IMG/VR virus record: IMGVR_UViG_3300033076_000685
Coordinates: 1 to 38,149 of that record
Origin: a virus
Lineage: Duplodnaviria > Caudoviricetes
DNA: 38,149 nucleotides
Direction: 5' to 3' (one strand)
The notes beneath the pieces are model-generated. The model was given only the letters and a program-made list of their open reading frames with translations. It ran no database searches and was not told where the DNA came from. Shown in pieces: positions 19,714 through 29,125 of the stretch. The translations under genes were made by a program, and so were the position numbers. Every line of letters starts with the position of its first letter. The stretch's first letter is position 1.

Positions 19714-21320
19714 GATCGGGTTTTCTCTAGCAGGGATGAGTCAATATTGAGAGACATGCCGGACTTGGGTGCAAATAATATCATAACAGCATCGGCATGA
19801 TTTGGCGACTTGGTGCCATCAGGGGTTTTCTCTATGATTATCTTTCCGGCATTATTTTTGTCGTACTGAACTTGTGACAACTCCGTCACAAGTGTTAAGT
19901 ATTCAGGCGATTGAGTTGATATAGATATAATTTTATCGTGGTCATATGGCATACCCTCAACTACGGCACGGTAAGTGTTTTGAAACAACACGCGCAAATT
20001 CCACCAGCCTTGTGATTTTGAATTTTGAAAGAAGTCTTCGTTTGTCCTTCCTTCGACCGCCTGTCTTGTTGGGTGCGCCACACCCTCGCTACCACGAAAC
20101 GGAACAACAGTAATTTGTCGCTTTCTTTCCGATTTTCGTTTCTCATTGATTTTCCTAGCGTCGCCTCTAACACCTGCGCCCAATCCATCACTGTCAAAGC
20201 GGAACGTTCCGTAATTTCTTTCGTCGCAAATACTGAACACATGCTCAACGCTATCGTAAATATCAGCGCCTTTGCCTTTCCAACTTTCAATATGGTCAAC
20301 CACGACACCGTGCGTACCTGCAAATGCGCACGAATCCTTGCCTTCGTCAGCAACATCAAACGCACCGCGTCGCTCGCCGGTCGGTTTAATGCCAAGCTTG
20401 ATATGCGCATCAAGCGCAGCCTGCACCCATGCACCCGGTATAACCTGGTTGCGCACAGACGCGTTATAGTTTCGGTCAATTTCCTGAGCAACAGTTACAG
20501 GGTCAAGCTCAGCGCATTGCTTCTGATACCACGCATCGTCTTTGCGCGGATCATCACGCCAGTCGAAGGTAAACACAGAAACGCGCCCAGAGTGCCTACG
20601 CTCGGCAAAGCTGTTGCCCATGCCGTTGACGGATGACATGTCAACGCGGCAATTGGTGGTAGCAGATAGCGCCGCATCAACAAGCGCCGGACGCTCAAGA
20701 AACGCCGACTCGTCCACAAAGTAAATACTGGTACGGTCGCCCCGTCCAATGTTGTCGCCAGCTTCCCCAGTGATCGCTGAATTGTTAAACGGAAACGCTA
20801 GGCGCATATGGGGCGCATGCTTGTTTTCGTGCCATCCTTGCCGGAACTCAGGAGGCAACATCATGATGAATTTGCGAGCCTTGTAAAATAACGCCTTTGG
20901 GCTTCCAGATTTGTCAACATACTCCTCTTTTCGCGATCCAAAACCTATGACTATGTCGCGATTAAACAGGCACAGCGTTGACGCCAAGCCGACAGCCAGC
21001 CAGCTAATGCCAACGTCGCGGCTCTTTTCCACAAGCAAGGGCTTTTTGTCTCGCCAATGATCCAGCACAGCCTGCAAAAATTCCCGTTGTTTGGGGAACA
21101 AAATAAACGGCATAGCGGCGGGGATGTCAGTGCCCACATTGCGTGGATCATAGGTCATGCCCCAATCTTCGATAAAGTCGATAGGGTTGTCGGCGTAGTA
21201 TTTAAACAGTGCAGGCAAACACTCAGGCTTTTTTCGAATACGCCCCAGCCGCTCTACGCGCCACTTAAAGACGCGCACATAGTCGGGGTTTTTAAAATCT
21301 ATCTCGAATGGGACGGGCAT
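19710..21320 (-). CDS. terL: Terminase large subunit
   Basis: KSRDVGISW Walker A region, YFVDESAF Walker B, DVADEGKD and SPNHADA nuclease motifs. Confidence 0.93.
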   Translation of the reverse strand: MPVPFEIDFKNPDYVRVFKWRVERLGRIRKKPECLPALFKYYADNPIDFIEDWGMTYDPRNVGTDIPAAMPFILFPKQREFLQAVLDHWRDKKPLLVEKSRDVGISWLAVGLASTLCLFNRDIVIGFGSRKEEYVDKSGSPKALFYKARKFIMMLPPEFRQGWHENKHAPHMRLAFPFNNSAITGEAGDNIGRGDRTSIYFVDESAFLERPALVDAALSATTNCRVDMSSVNGMGNSFAERRHSGRVSVFTFDWRDDPRKDDAWYQKQCAELDPVTVAQEIDRNYNASVRNQVIPGAWVQAALDAHIKLGIKPTGERRGAFDVADEGKDSCAFAGTHGVVVDHIESWKGKGADIYDSVEHVFSICDERNYGTFRFDSDGLGAGVRGDARKINEKRKSERKRQITVVPFRGSEGVAHPTRQAVEGRTNEDFFQNSKSQGWWNLRVLFQNTYRAVVEGMPYDHDKIISISTQSPEYLTLVTELSQVQYDKNNAGKIIIEKTPDGTKSPNHADAVMILFAPKSGMSLNIDSSLLEKTRS

Positions 21321-21820
21321 TATTCGCCGCTGATAATGTCTTGATATTCCTGCGCCACTTCCGCCGGTGTTATGGCGGTTATTTGTGGCGTCATTGATCG
21401 GTCGCTGCTTGTGTGGTCAACAGCAGTAGATTCGCGCAAGCCTAAATCGCGGGCGATGATCATTGGGTTGTATATGCCAGCGGATGCGCCATCAAATTTT
21501 TGATCCTTTATACATTGCTCGATATCCATACAAGCACGAAGGAAATCTTCTGATTTTTCCTTGTAATAGTCCCAACCGTTATCAGTTAAGCCAATGAATC
21601 TAAGCATTGCAGACTTAAGCGGTACGCGCTGCTTTGGCACATATTCAATGGTGCTCATGCCTTGAAATGATACGAGCTTTGCTTCCTCAATTGGGTTTTC
21701 GTCTACCCATTGAAAATACTGATAGCAAGCATCTAGCAGGTCTTCAGTCGTGGCATATTTTGGCTTCAGCCCATGCGAGCTACGAGCCAGCCAATACTTG
21801 TTACCCTTGGGTGCTGCCAT
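21320..21820 (-). CDS. terS: Terminase small subunit (P22 gp3-like)
   Basis: [10 protein letters not shown] start, [22 protein letters not shown]; coupled to terL. Confidence 0.88.
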   Translation of the reverse strand: MAAPKGNKYWLARSSHGLKPKYATTEDLLDACYQYFQWVDENPIEEAKLVSFQGMSTIEYVPKQRVPLKSAMLRFIGLTDNGWDYYKEKSEDFLRACMDIEQCIKDQKFDGASAGIYNPMIIARDLGLRESTAVDHTSSDRSMTPQITAITPAEVAQEYQDIISGE

Positions 21821-22017
21821 GATGCCCTCCGCCTTACGCTATGCGTTGTTAATACCTGCACAAATAATAACACGCATAAACATGTCAATCTATATAGTGT
21901 TATTTTGCCACTATGTTAGTGAGCGCTAGCATATTGCAGTAAATGTAATGTTTTAATTGTTTACAGTATGTCGCTTAAATATATGCAAAACAGAAAAAAC
22001 CTCCTTTAAATCATCCG

Positions 22018-22370
<353 letters not shown>

Positions 22371-22442
22371 AAAAAAAATGTTGTTTGATGTGCCATTTTT
22401 CGGGGTTTAGGTGCCATAGTTAAAATTGTCGCATTTTATGGC

Positions 22443-22470
22443 TTGATCATAGTCAGAAATAACCTAAACT
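22443..22470 (+). promoter_or_regulatory. Putative sigma70 promoter of the replication operon
   Basis: TTGATC-16 nt-TAAACT directly before the structured leader. Confidence 0.45.
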
Positions 22471-22474
22471 AAAT

Positions 22475-22564
22475 GAGCGGCTTAACTGGGAGTAGCTACC
22501 CAGTGACAGCACAATCCTAGTTAGTGTTGCCGCGCTCCCAAAAATACTAGGTCAAATACTAGGA
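22475..22564 (+). ncRNA. Candidate cis-regulatory leader RNA (three-way junction)
   Basis: GCGGC/GCCGC outer stem, ACTGGG-AGTAGCTA-CCCAGT hairpin, AGCAC/GTGTT hairpin whose loop TCCTAGT is complementary to ACTAGGA at the SD. Confidence 0.45.
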
Positions 22565-22570
22565 ATCCCA

Positions 22571-22996
22571 ATGGCTAACATTGACGAATTTTTATCGCGC
22601 CTGCAAAAGGTAAGGGCAACCGGAAAAGATCGATGGCAGGCGTGTTGCCCTGCGCATGATGACAAATCTCCATCGTTTAACGTGATGGTTGCGGATGATG
22701 GCAAAATCATTATGAAGTGCCACGCTGGATGCTCTGTGGAGGCCATTACAGCAGCCATGGGCATGGAGCTATCCGACTTATTTCCCGACACCGAAAAAGA
22801 GCGCTACAACCAAGGCTTGAGGCCGTGGCAACGTGAAAGGCTCAACGATGATCTAAAGCACGCTCGCTATGTGACTAAATTGTATGAGCGCGACAAAGCG
22901 GCAGGCGTTACCATCGACGACATCTGCAAGCGCCAAGCATTAAACGCATACAAAAAAATAAAAGAAATAGAGCTTAGGCTAAAAAACAACCAATAA
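22571..22996 (+). CDS. Primase-type CHC2 zinc-finger protein (stand-alone)
   Basis: WQACCPAHDDKSPSF...KCHAGC. Confidence 0.85.
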   Translation: MANIDEFLSRLQKVRATGKDRWQACCPAHDDKSPSFNVMVADDGKIIMKCHAGCSVEAITAAMGMELSDLFPDTEKERYNQGLRPWQRERLNDDLKHARYVTKLYERDKAAGVTIDDICKRQALNAYKKIKEIELRLKNNQ

Positions 22997-23061
22997 ATAA
23001 TGTTGGTTGTATTTTGGTCTACGGGATTTTTTTACCTTAAATTTTAGATTGAGTAAAAAAA

Positions 23062-24876
23062 ATGCAAAATGTTGAGAATGAATCACAAGAAGACGCCATC
23101 AAAAAATATTTAACATTGAAGACTAATGGCAATCATTACCCTGTTAGCGAAAATGCAGAGCCGCCACCCTACATTCAAGAGCCGATGCACGGGGATTATG
23201 AAACAAGCGCCATCATAATGGCGGCCTATGAGCGAGAGTCTCAGTCAATGAGCATCGACGATGAAATAGAAATGGCCGCGCTGGAAGTCAAAAAGGTTGA
23301 AAAAAGCCTTACCACATCACAGAAAAAGGAAAAAGAAATCTGGCAAAAGGCTTCAATTTTGGGTTGTTGCGGCGCAAAAATTATTGCCAGTGAGAGGATT
23401 GATTACCTAAATATTTTAGAAAAGCGCTGGTGGTTTGAGCCTCGATCCATTTCTGATAGCTCAAGTTATGTGCCAAATTTTAATTTGATCCACACCTGCA
23501 AAAACCCTGTCGTCGATATGGCGCGAGCGCTTGCGGATAACATTCAATTCCCGGTTAATACAGCTTACTTGCACGGGCTAGGTGTTATTGCCTCTCTCAC
23601 GGTGCGCAATTTTAAGATTGCCTATTGGGATTCAAACGAGCTAATACCTTGCAACCTGTATGTTGTAACCAGCCAGCCGCCATCATCTGGGAAGTCAGGA
23701 ATAAATAATGGATTCACCAAGCATGCGCGCATCTTGATAGCCGAGAAAAACGAGAAAAACCGCGCTCGCCGCACATTGTTAAAATCAAAGCTTGACAAGG
23801 AAATGAAAGCAGCCGAAAAACTTACGCAAAATTATGAAATTGAGCAGGCTCTTAAATCAATAGAGCGAATCAGCGAGGAGCTTTCGTTAATTGCAGAGTA
23901 TAACTATGGGCTCAATGACGTTACCCCAGAAGCGGCAGAGGATTTGGCAAGCAAGCAGGGCGGAGTTGTCACCATAGTGTCGGCGGAGAGTTTCGGTGTT
24001 AAAACGATACTTGGAGAGCTATACGCAAACGGCGCACCCAATAATAACTTTTTCCTTTCTGGGTGGGATGGTGAGCACGTTGGTTCAGCGCGGATAACGC
24101 GCCCCGGTTTCAGTGGCTTTGCTTTTGTATCTATTGCTGTGCTTGCCCAAGACCCTACATTTGATTCTATTTTAGCAAGCGCTGGAAAGGATTCCGGCGG
24201 TATTTCGGAACGGTTTTTATTGGGTCGCGAGCCACGCATGGCGGGGAATCGAAAGTCGAAAGACAGAAAGCCAATAGAGTATGAAGTTAAACGCCGCTAC
24301 AACAAGCTTGTTGAAAACATTTTGAGTCAGTCAAATTTTGTTTTGCGGATGTCTCCAGAGTCCTTGGAAGAAATAAACAAAATAAAGGACTGGTATGATG
24401 ATCAGTGCGCCATAGGGAAAAAGTACAGCAGCGATATGATGATGGGGATTGTTGGTAAGGCCGACAAGCAAATTCACAAGCTGGCCGCCATTCTGCATGT
24501 GTGCAGCGAATGGGCGGAAGGAGGAACGAAAAGCGAAATAATACCACCTATAAGAGTACATCAAGCGTTTTTGATTTTTAAGGAATGCGTAAAAGTTTAC
24601 GAAGTTATTGCCGATAATCGCGGCGTTGAGGGTCAAAAAACGCATATAGAAGCAGTCGTTAAAGTATTGCGAAAAATGGCCAACGACAGAGATCCAAAGT
24701 TAAAAATCAAGCTTTCAAGTTTTCGCGACAAAATCAAGAATAACAAGCAGTTAAAGCGAGAAAACTTTACTGATTTTTTGAGGGCAGAATTGTTACCTCA
24801 GATGGAGGCCATGAATTATTTGGTTTTTGATGAGCTTAATGAGATTATTTATATTAATCCTTTGTTGAAGGAGTGA
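23062..24876 (+). CDS. DUF3987/YfjI-like replicative helicase
   Basis: NLYVVTSQPPSSGKSG P-loop, coiled-coil insert, DVTPEA, WDG...RITR, GISERFL. Confidence 0.78.
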   Translation: MQNVENESQEDAIKKYLTLKTNGNHYPVSENAEPPPYIQEPMHGDYETSAIIMAAYERESQSMSIDDEIEMAALEVKKVEKSLTTSQKKEKEIWQKASILGCCGAKIIASERIDYLNILEKRWWFEPRSISDSSSYVPNFNLIHTCKNPVVDMARALADNIQFPVNTAYLHGLGVIASLTVRNFKIAYWDSNELIPCNLYVVTSQPPSSGKSGINNGFTKHARILIAEKNEKNRARRTLLKSKLDKEMKAAEKLTQNYEIEQALKSIERISEELSLIAEYNYGLNDVTPEAAEDLASKQGGVVTIVSAESFGVKTILGELYANGAPNNNFFLSGWDGEHVGSARITRPGFSGFAFVSIAVLAQDPTFDSILASAGKDSGGISERFLLGREPRMAGNRKSKDRKPIEYEVKRRYNKLVENILSQSNFVLRMSPESLEEINKIKDWYDDQCAIGKKYSSDMMMGIVGKADKQIHKLAAILHVCSEWAEGGTKSEIIPPIRVHQAFLIFKECVKVYEVIADNRGVEGQKTHIEAVVKVLRKMANDRDPKLKIKLSSFRDKIKNNKQLKRENFTDFLRAELLPQMEAMNYLVFDELNEIIYINPLLKE

Positions 24877-24881
24877 GTTAA

Positions 24882-25124
24882 GTGAAAGAAATGACAGACG
24901 AAAAATTCCACGAAATGTGCCGCGTTCGTTATGAACAACTAGAGCCTGAGGGAAGCAGAAGTAATGACCCAAATCTTTTAACTGAACTTGACGCGCTTGA
25001 ACTTTATTGGAAATTAATATCCACGCCAGAAATGGATAGCGTTTGCGCTGATAGATTTTGGTGCGCAAAACAGTTGAAAGATATGATAATAGAGAAATAT
25101 CCATTTTTTAATGCAAAACATTAA
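24882..25124 (+). CDS. Hypothetical protein
   Basis: Follows the helicase closely; GGAG upstream. Confidence 0.6.
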   Translation: MKEMTDEKFHEMCRVRYEQLEPEGSRSNDPNLLTELDALELYWKLISTPEMDSVCADRFWCAKQLKDMIIEKYPFFNAKH

Positions 25125-25160
25125 AATAATACTTGCACAATCCTAAAATTAGTTTATAGT
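25122..25160 (+). promoter_or_regulatory. Sigma70-type early promoter
   Basis: TAAAATAATAC-TTGCAC-16 nt-TATAGT; the first 17 bp are identical to 36654-36670. Confidence 0.65.
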
Positions 25161-25191
25161 TGGATAAACAAATCAAGCAGAGATTAACACC

Positions 25192-25302
25192 ATGAACACA
25201 TTTGCAGCAGAATACGCACGTCGCGCAGCAGCTTTGGAAGTTTCTCGTGCGGCGCGTCGGGAGTGGTATCAGTCGGTTAAGGCGGCTAAAAATGCAAAAT
25301 AA
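25192..25302 (+). CDS. Small protein, 36 aa (MNTFAAEYARRAAALEVSRAARREWYQSVKAAKNAK)
   Basis: First ATG after the promoter; overlaps the start of the next ORF. Not in the ORF track. Confidence 0.55.
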   Translation: MNTFAAEYARRAAALEVSRAARREWYQSVKAAKNAK

Positions 25303-25411
25303 TAGCCAGAAAAAAGACCCGCTGCTTATTGCGCTAAGCATTGCGGCTGCGACTCTTATTGTTTGCGGTTGCGTTCTTGCGGTAATTGGCACGATTGGAT
25401 TCTTAGTATGA
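25292..25411 (+). CDS. Small membrane protein, 39 aa
   Basis: MQNNSQKKDP followed by one long hydrophobic segment. Start moved from TTG 25202. Confidence 0.55.
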   Translation: MQNNSQKKDPLLIALSIAAATLIVCGCVLAVIGTIGFLV

Positions 25412-25488
25412 CCCACACCGATCTATTAACCCTATCTGCACTAATCGCCTTTGTGATTGTGCGGGTTTATTTGGAGATAAAAAAGTGA
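25408..25488 (+). CDS. Small membrane peptide, 26 aa (MTHTDLLTLSALIAFVIVRVYLEIKK)
   Basis: ATGA overlap with the upstream stop and GTGA overlap with the downstream start. Confidence 0.55.
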   Translation: MTHTDLLTLSALIAFVIVRVYLEIKK

Positions 25489-26318
25489 AAATTAAGATAA
25501 AACCGTTTTTTGCGCATTTATTGCAGCAATGCATTTCCAATGCTCAGCATGAAGTTATTGAAGTAGTGAAAAATTCACTAGGCGATGTTCTTTTTTACAG
25601 AATAAAACACCCTGAAATTGATGATAAAACCACATTAATTTTTCCTGATTATTGCACGGTTGTCGAAAAAGCCCAAAAACCCAAAAAAATCTATTTTATG
25701 CTAAAAAATGGCATAGATCATAAATATTTTAATATAGGTGTTTTATATAAAGGAAAATTAATTTCCAACCTAGAATTGGTTTCTTTTACTTCTGATGATG
25801 GAAATTTTGAAACTAATTTTTATTACCCAGACAGTGACACTGTCGACTTCTTTACCAAAGACCAATACAAGGCCATGAAGGCGGCGCGCGTTCGTGCGGG
25901 GATTGAGGAAGAAGTGCGCGCCGAGCATGATGAAGCCCTTGAAAACCTTCGTGAAGAAATGAAATCGCTTTCGCAAAAGTGCAATCAATTGCGGCATGAG
26001 AATGAATCACTTAAAAACGAAAACAAAACCCTTAAAAAATGGAATGAAGAGCTACAAGAAACTAAAAATATCGCTATTGAATTTTCTAAAACGACTGATC
26101 AAGCCTACGAAAAGCTTTTGGCGGAGATGAATGAAGCACAAGAAACAATACAAAAGCAGCTTGTTATTGATGGGTTTATCGGTGATGAATTCAGGTTAAT
26201 AGGCCAATGCAAGGAATCACAATTTTCGGAGGTTGACGGGCTAAAACTTAAACTTGATAGGCGGTGGGTTGATGCTGAAAAGTTATGCGGTAGCTACATC
26301 TACATTAAAGTAAAATAA
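25485..26318 (+). CDS. Hypothetical protein with coiled-coil region
   Basis: 277 aa ORF, GGAG SD, heptad-like E/K/L-rich segment. Confidence 0.7.
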   Translation: MKIKIKPFFAHLLQQCISNAQHEVIEVVKNSLGDVLFYRIKHPEIDDKTTLIFPDYCTVVEKAQKPKKIYFMLKNGIDHKYFNIGVLYKGKLISNLELVSFTSDDGNFETNFYYPDSDTVDFFTKDQYKAMKAARVRAGIEEEVRAEHDEALENLREEMKSLSQKCNQLRHENESLKNENKTLKKWNEELQETKNIAIEFSKTTDQAYEKLLAEMNEAQETIQKQLVIDGFIGDEFRLIGQCKESQFSEVDGLKLKLDRRWVDAEKLCGSYIYIKVK

Positions 26319-26353
26319 CCCTTACAAAATGTTAAAATTAAGAGTATAATGTT

Positions 26354-26719
26354 ATGAAAGAACTATTTTCGATTTTAGGAAAAAGACATTTTACAATGTT
26401 TGTTTGCCTTGTAAACGTGTTTGCTTTTTTGGTTGATAAATTATCGTTCGTTGATGTCTTGATTGTTATTGGTGCCGTATACATGCTGATGATATTTATT
26501 TCTGAAACAATAAGCCATTATTTGATTTTTGTAATAAAGCAGCGGGATGTTGATCTTCAGAGCGCGATAGATCAGTCTTTTCATGCGGCGATGAAGAATA
26601 TTTCGTATTACATGAAGAGTGACGCACTTGATGAATTAACCAAGGAAAACACACTGTTATGCGAGGAGTTGGCAATGGTTAAAAAAGAACTGGAGCAGAG
26701 TTATGCGCAAAACAATTAA
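26354..26719 (+). CDS. Hypothetical membrane protein
   Basis: Two N-terminal hydrophobic segments and a C-terminal coiled coil. Confidence 0.65.
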   Translation: MKELFSILGKRHFTMFVCLVNVFAFLVDKLSFVDVLIVIGAVYMLMIFISETISHYLIFVIKQRDVDLQSAIDQSFHAAMKNISYYMKSDALDELTKENTLLCEELAMVKKELEQSYAQNN

Positions 26720-26897
26720 AATCTCAGTAGAAGGCGCCGACCCGCACGAATTAATGCGGATCAACGAAATAATTGCAAACGCACTGGTTGAAAGGTACCA
26801 CCGCAACACAGCAGTTTTTCACGCTGGTCATGTGAGCGAGCAGGCTATGGAGTTGATACCGTCAAGCGTTAATTTATTTGTTCTATCTAACCCGTAA
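26703..26897 (+). CDS. Hypothetical protein
   Basis: GGAG SD; short overlap with the upstream gene. Confidence 0.6.
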   Translation: MRKTIKISVEGADPHELMRINEIIANALVERYHRNTAVFHAGHVSEQAMELIPSSVNLFVLSNP

Positions 26898-27080
26898 GCG
26901 GGCGCGCATGGGGAAAGGTGGCGCACAACCTACCCAGCACAAGCGGCGGCAGGCAAGGGTCGTTACCCCAAGGCGTGAACTGGCGGTTAAGCGGTTAGTT
27001 GCATGGGGCAAGGTTACTGCGAGACAGGCTGGTTTTCGTTTTTCCGTGAATGTGTAGTTTGTTACTTGATAACACGATTC

Positions 27081-27100
27081 GCCGCCGTAAGCGGCTTTTT
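27081..27100 (+). terminator. Rho-independent terminator
   Basis: GCCGC-CGTAA-GCGGC followed by TTTTT. Confidence 0.6.
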
Positions 27101-27132
27101 AAAATACACCAACCTAACAGCAAGGGCAAGAC

Positions 27133-27420
27133 ATGAAAGCAAAAGATATTCGAGTAAGAACAACACCAACCAAAAAGCAAGAAAAAGAAATGTCAGCGGC
27201 TATCAAAAAGCTGTTTGAAACTTTTTCCCCTTTGTGGCTTGCTCAAAAAACTGAGCTTTCAATCAGCACGTTTTATGTGGCCAGAAATCGCGGCAAGGTT
27301 GGTGTAGGTGTTGCAACGCTTATCTGCGAAATTGACGAGGTGCGCGAGGCTGGGTTTACTCGCGAGATGTTGCGCCCGGATGTTAGTGTGCAGCAGTGGG
27401 AGTATCATGATTTTGTTTGA
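27133..27420 (+). CDS. Cro-like helix-turn-helix protein
   Basis: LAQKTELSISTF helix-turn-helix-like segment and C-terminal TREMLRPDV typical of Cro/YdaS-like proteins. Confidence 0.6.
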   Translation: MKAKDIRVRTTPTKKQEKEMSAAIKKLFETFSPLWLAQKTELSISTFYVARNRGKVGVGVATLICEIDEVREAGFTREMLRPDVSVQQWEYHDFV

Positions 27421-27603
27421 CTTTACGGCGTATAGCGAAAGGTGGCCTAAAACCTGCGCAGCAACAGCAAAAGCCTCGTTGACATTGAACATACTTTTGT
27501 GAAGTTGTGCGAGATAGCAATCGGAAAATTGTAGTCTATATCTGAGAACAAGACTAGCCCGCTTGGACGATCAGGGCTTTTAATTAACTAGAGGAAGGCT
27601 ACA

Positions 27604-27948
27604 ATGAAAACAAACACAGTATTCGCAATCTTCACCATAATGCGCACGCTATTAGCTGTTGCGTGCTTGGTTGCAATGTATTTTTTAGTATCGCATGATC
27701 TGATAGGCTTCTGGGGCTGCTTTGCGCTTTGGTTTTTGGTGTTTTCGTTTGGTAGTTTTACGCTAAAAACTGACAACAAAATGAAAGATACAGTAATTCT
27801 TGCAAAGTATAAAAATGCTTTGTTTAAGTTAAAAAACAAAGATGAGCCGTGCTCGTCCATACGAGCAGAGGGTAACGATTACGCGCGCGGGTTTGATGAT
27901 TGTATTAAGTTTTTTGAGTCTCATAGCGATGATGGTGAGGCGATATGA
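27604..27948 (+). CDS. Hypothetical membrane protein
   Basis: GAGG SD; two hydrophobic helices. Confidence 0.65.
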   Translation: MKTNTVFAIFTIMRTLLAVACLVAMYFLVSHDLIGFWGCFALWFLVFSFGSFTLKTDNKMKDTVILAKYKNALFKLKNKDEPCSSIRAEGNDYARGFDDCIKFFESHSDDGEAI

Positions 27949-28112
27949 GTTCTTTGCGTCCAGTCATAAGCGAATTCACAAACAATTCAGAATATGATTA
28001 TTTTATCAAAGTAACAGCAAGCAAAGATCATATTAAAAAGCATTGCCGCACCTGCCAATTTCATTGGCGAGAGCGCACGTTAGATGACCCACTAAATGGT
28101 GAGCCAAAATGA
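27945..28112 (+). CDS. Small protein, 55 aa, with CxxC (MSSLRPVISEF...HCRTCQFHW...)
   Basis: ATGA overlaps at both ends; GAGG SD. Not in the ORF track. Confidence 0.6.
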   Translation: MSSLRPVISEFTNNSEYDYFIKVTASKDHIKKHCRTCQFHWRERTLDDPLNGEPK

Positions 28113-28504
28113 CCGAGCACGCGAAAGACCCTTTAGCAGCATTTAAAAACTGGTTTGATTCAGTGTGGTTTGGCGATGGCGAGCATGGTCATGAAATACC
28201 AAAGCCAACCGATAAAAACTACAGCGAATATCTTGAAAAATACGCGCTTGCTTATGGAGGGTTTTTGGAAGGGGCGAAATTTCAAGAGCAGTTTAAATAT
28301 AAAACACTGTTCGAGCAGGCCGAAAAAATTAAAAAACTCTCGGAAGAGATTGCCGAACTTAAAAATGTAGTTAATGCGTTTAAAGATGCTTATGTTGATC
28401 TAACAAACTCAGAAGTTCATTTAGATAGCGGCATAGTTCATATTGCAAATTTTCAGCTAATGGACAAATTCGACGCAGCTTTTGATTTAATCAAACCGGA
28501 GTGA
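28109..28504 (+). CDS. Hypothetical protein
   Basis: Translationally coupled; shares blocks with the next gene. Confidence 0.7.
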   Translation: MTEHAKDPLAAFKNWFDSVWFGDGEHGHEIPKPTDKNYSEYLEKYALAYGGFLEGAKFQEQFKYKTLFEQAEKIKKLSEEIAELKNVVNAFKDAYVDLTNSEVHLDSGIVHIANFQLMDKFDAAFDLIKPE

Positions 28505-28863
28505 TTGAGATGCAGGCATCACAAGAGCGCGAGGCATTATTTAGAAAAGAAATGACAGAGCACGCTAAAGAAGCATTCGAAAAATACTATGCGAAATTCA
28601 ATCCAAAAAGCATATCTGGAGATGATTGCTGGTGTGACGTTTCGGCAGATAAACTTTTTATTGCTGGCTACAATGCAGCCGCCGAAAAGCTCTATGCAGA
28701 GATTGCCGATCTTAAAGAACAGCTAGAAATTCACAAGCAACATGCAAAACTAGATTTCCTACAGATCAAATCGCTAAATTCAAAAATTGAATTGTTGGAA
28801 AATAAGCCCAAACGCCGCGACCCGCATGATGACGGGCATCTTTATGGCGGCAATGTGTGTTAA
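28501..28863 (+). CDS. Hypothetical protein, partial paralogue of 28109-28504
   Basis: Shares MTEHAK..AF and EIA(D/E)LK blocks. Confidence 0.7.
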   Translation: MIEMQASQEREALFRKEMTEHAKEAFEKYYAKFNPKSISGDDCWCDVSADKLFIAGYNAAAEKLYAEIADLKEQLEIHKQHAKLDFLQIKSLNSKIELLENKPKRRDPHDDGHLYGGNVC

Positions 28864-28873
28864 TTAAACAGGA

Positions 28874-29122
28874 GTGATTGAGATGCAGACACAAACAGTA
28901 ATAATGCCGAGCGAACTAACGGCGGCCAACGGCGCAAAAAGCTTATTAATGGGCGAATTTTCCGAAGAAATTGAAATGCAATGCCCAGAATGCGACCAAG
29001 ATGAATGCGACGAAGATTGTGAAATTTGCAGCGGAAATTATACCTATCTTCAAAAAGTGCCGGTTACGTGGGCAACCATTAAAGCTATTTACGCAAAAGC
29101 TGCAGAGCATTTTGGAGTATAA
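28874..29122 (+). CDS. Hypothetical Cys-rich (zinc-ribbon) phage protein
   Basis: LTAANGAKSLLMGEF, CPEC...CEICSG, VPVTWATIKAIY. Confidence 0.7.
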   Translation: MIEMQTQTVIMPSELTAANGAKSLLMGEFSEEIEMQCPECDQDECDEDCEICSGNYTYLQKVPVTWATIKAIYAKAAEHFGV

Positions 29123-29125
29123 CCC

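Noticed and set aside
27-21822. Many plus-strand and nested ORFs over the structural genes (e.g. 8131-8679, 13770-14216, 20025-20636, 19961-20491)
   Set aside because: They are antisense or alternate-frame shadows of well-supported genes, with no recognisable motifs.
21860-21888. TTGACA on the minus strand upstream of terS
   Set aside because: No good -10 hexamer at 16-18 nt spacing, so it was not called as a promoter.
22486-22540. tRNA-like start GGGAGTAGCT and a downstream CCA
   Set aside because: No TTCGA T-loop, anticodon arm or 7-bp acceptor stem.
26891-27100. CRISPR array interpretation of the periodic repeats
   Set aside because: Repeats are short and degenerate, the period is about 95 nt, and there are no cas genes.
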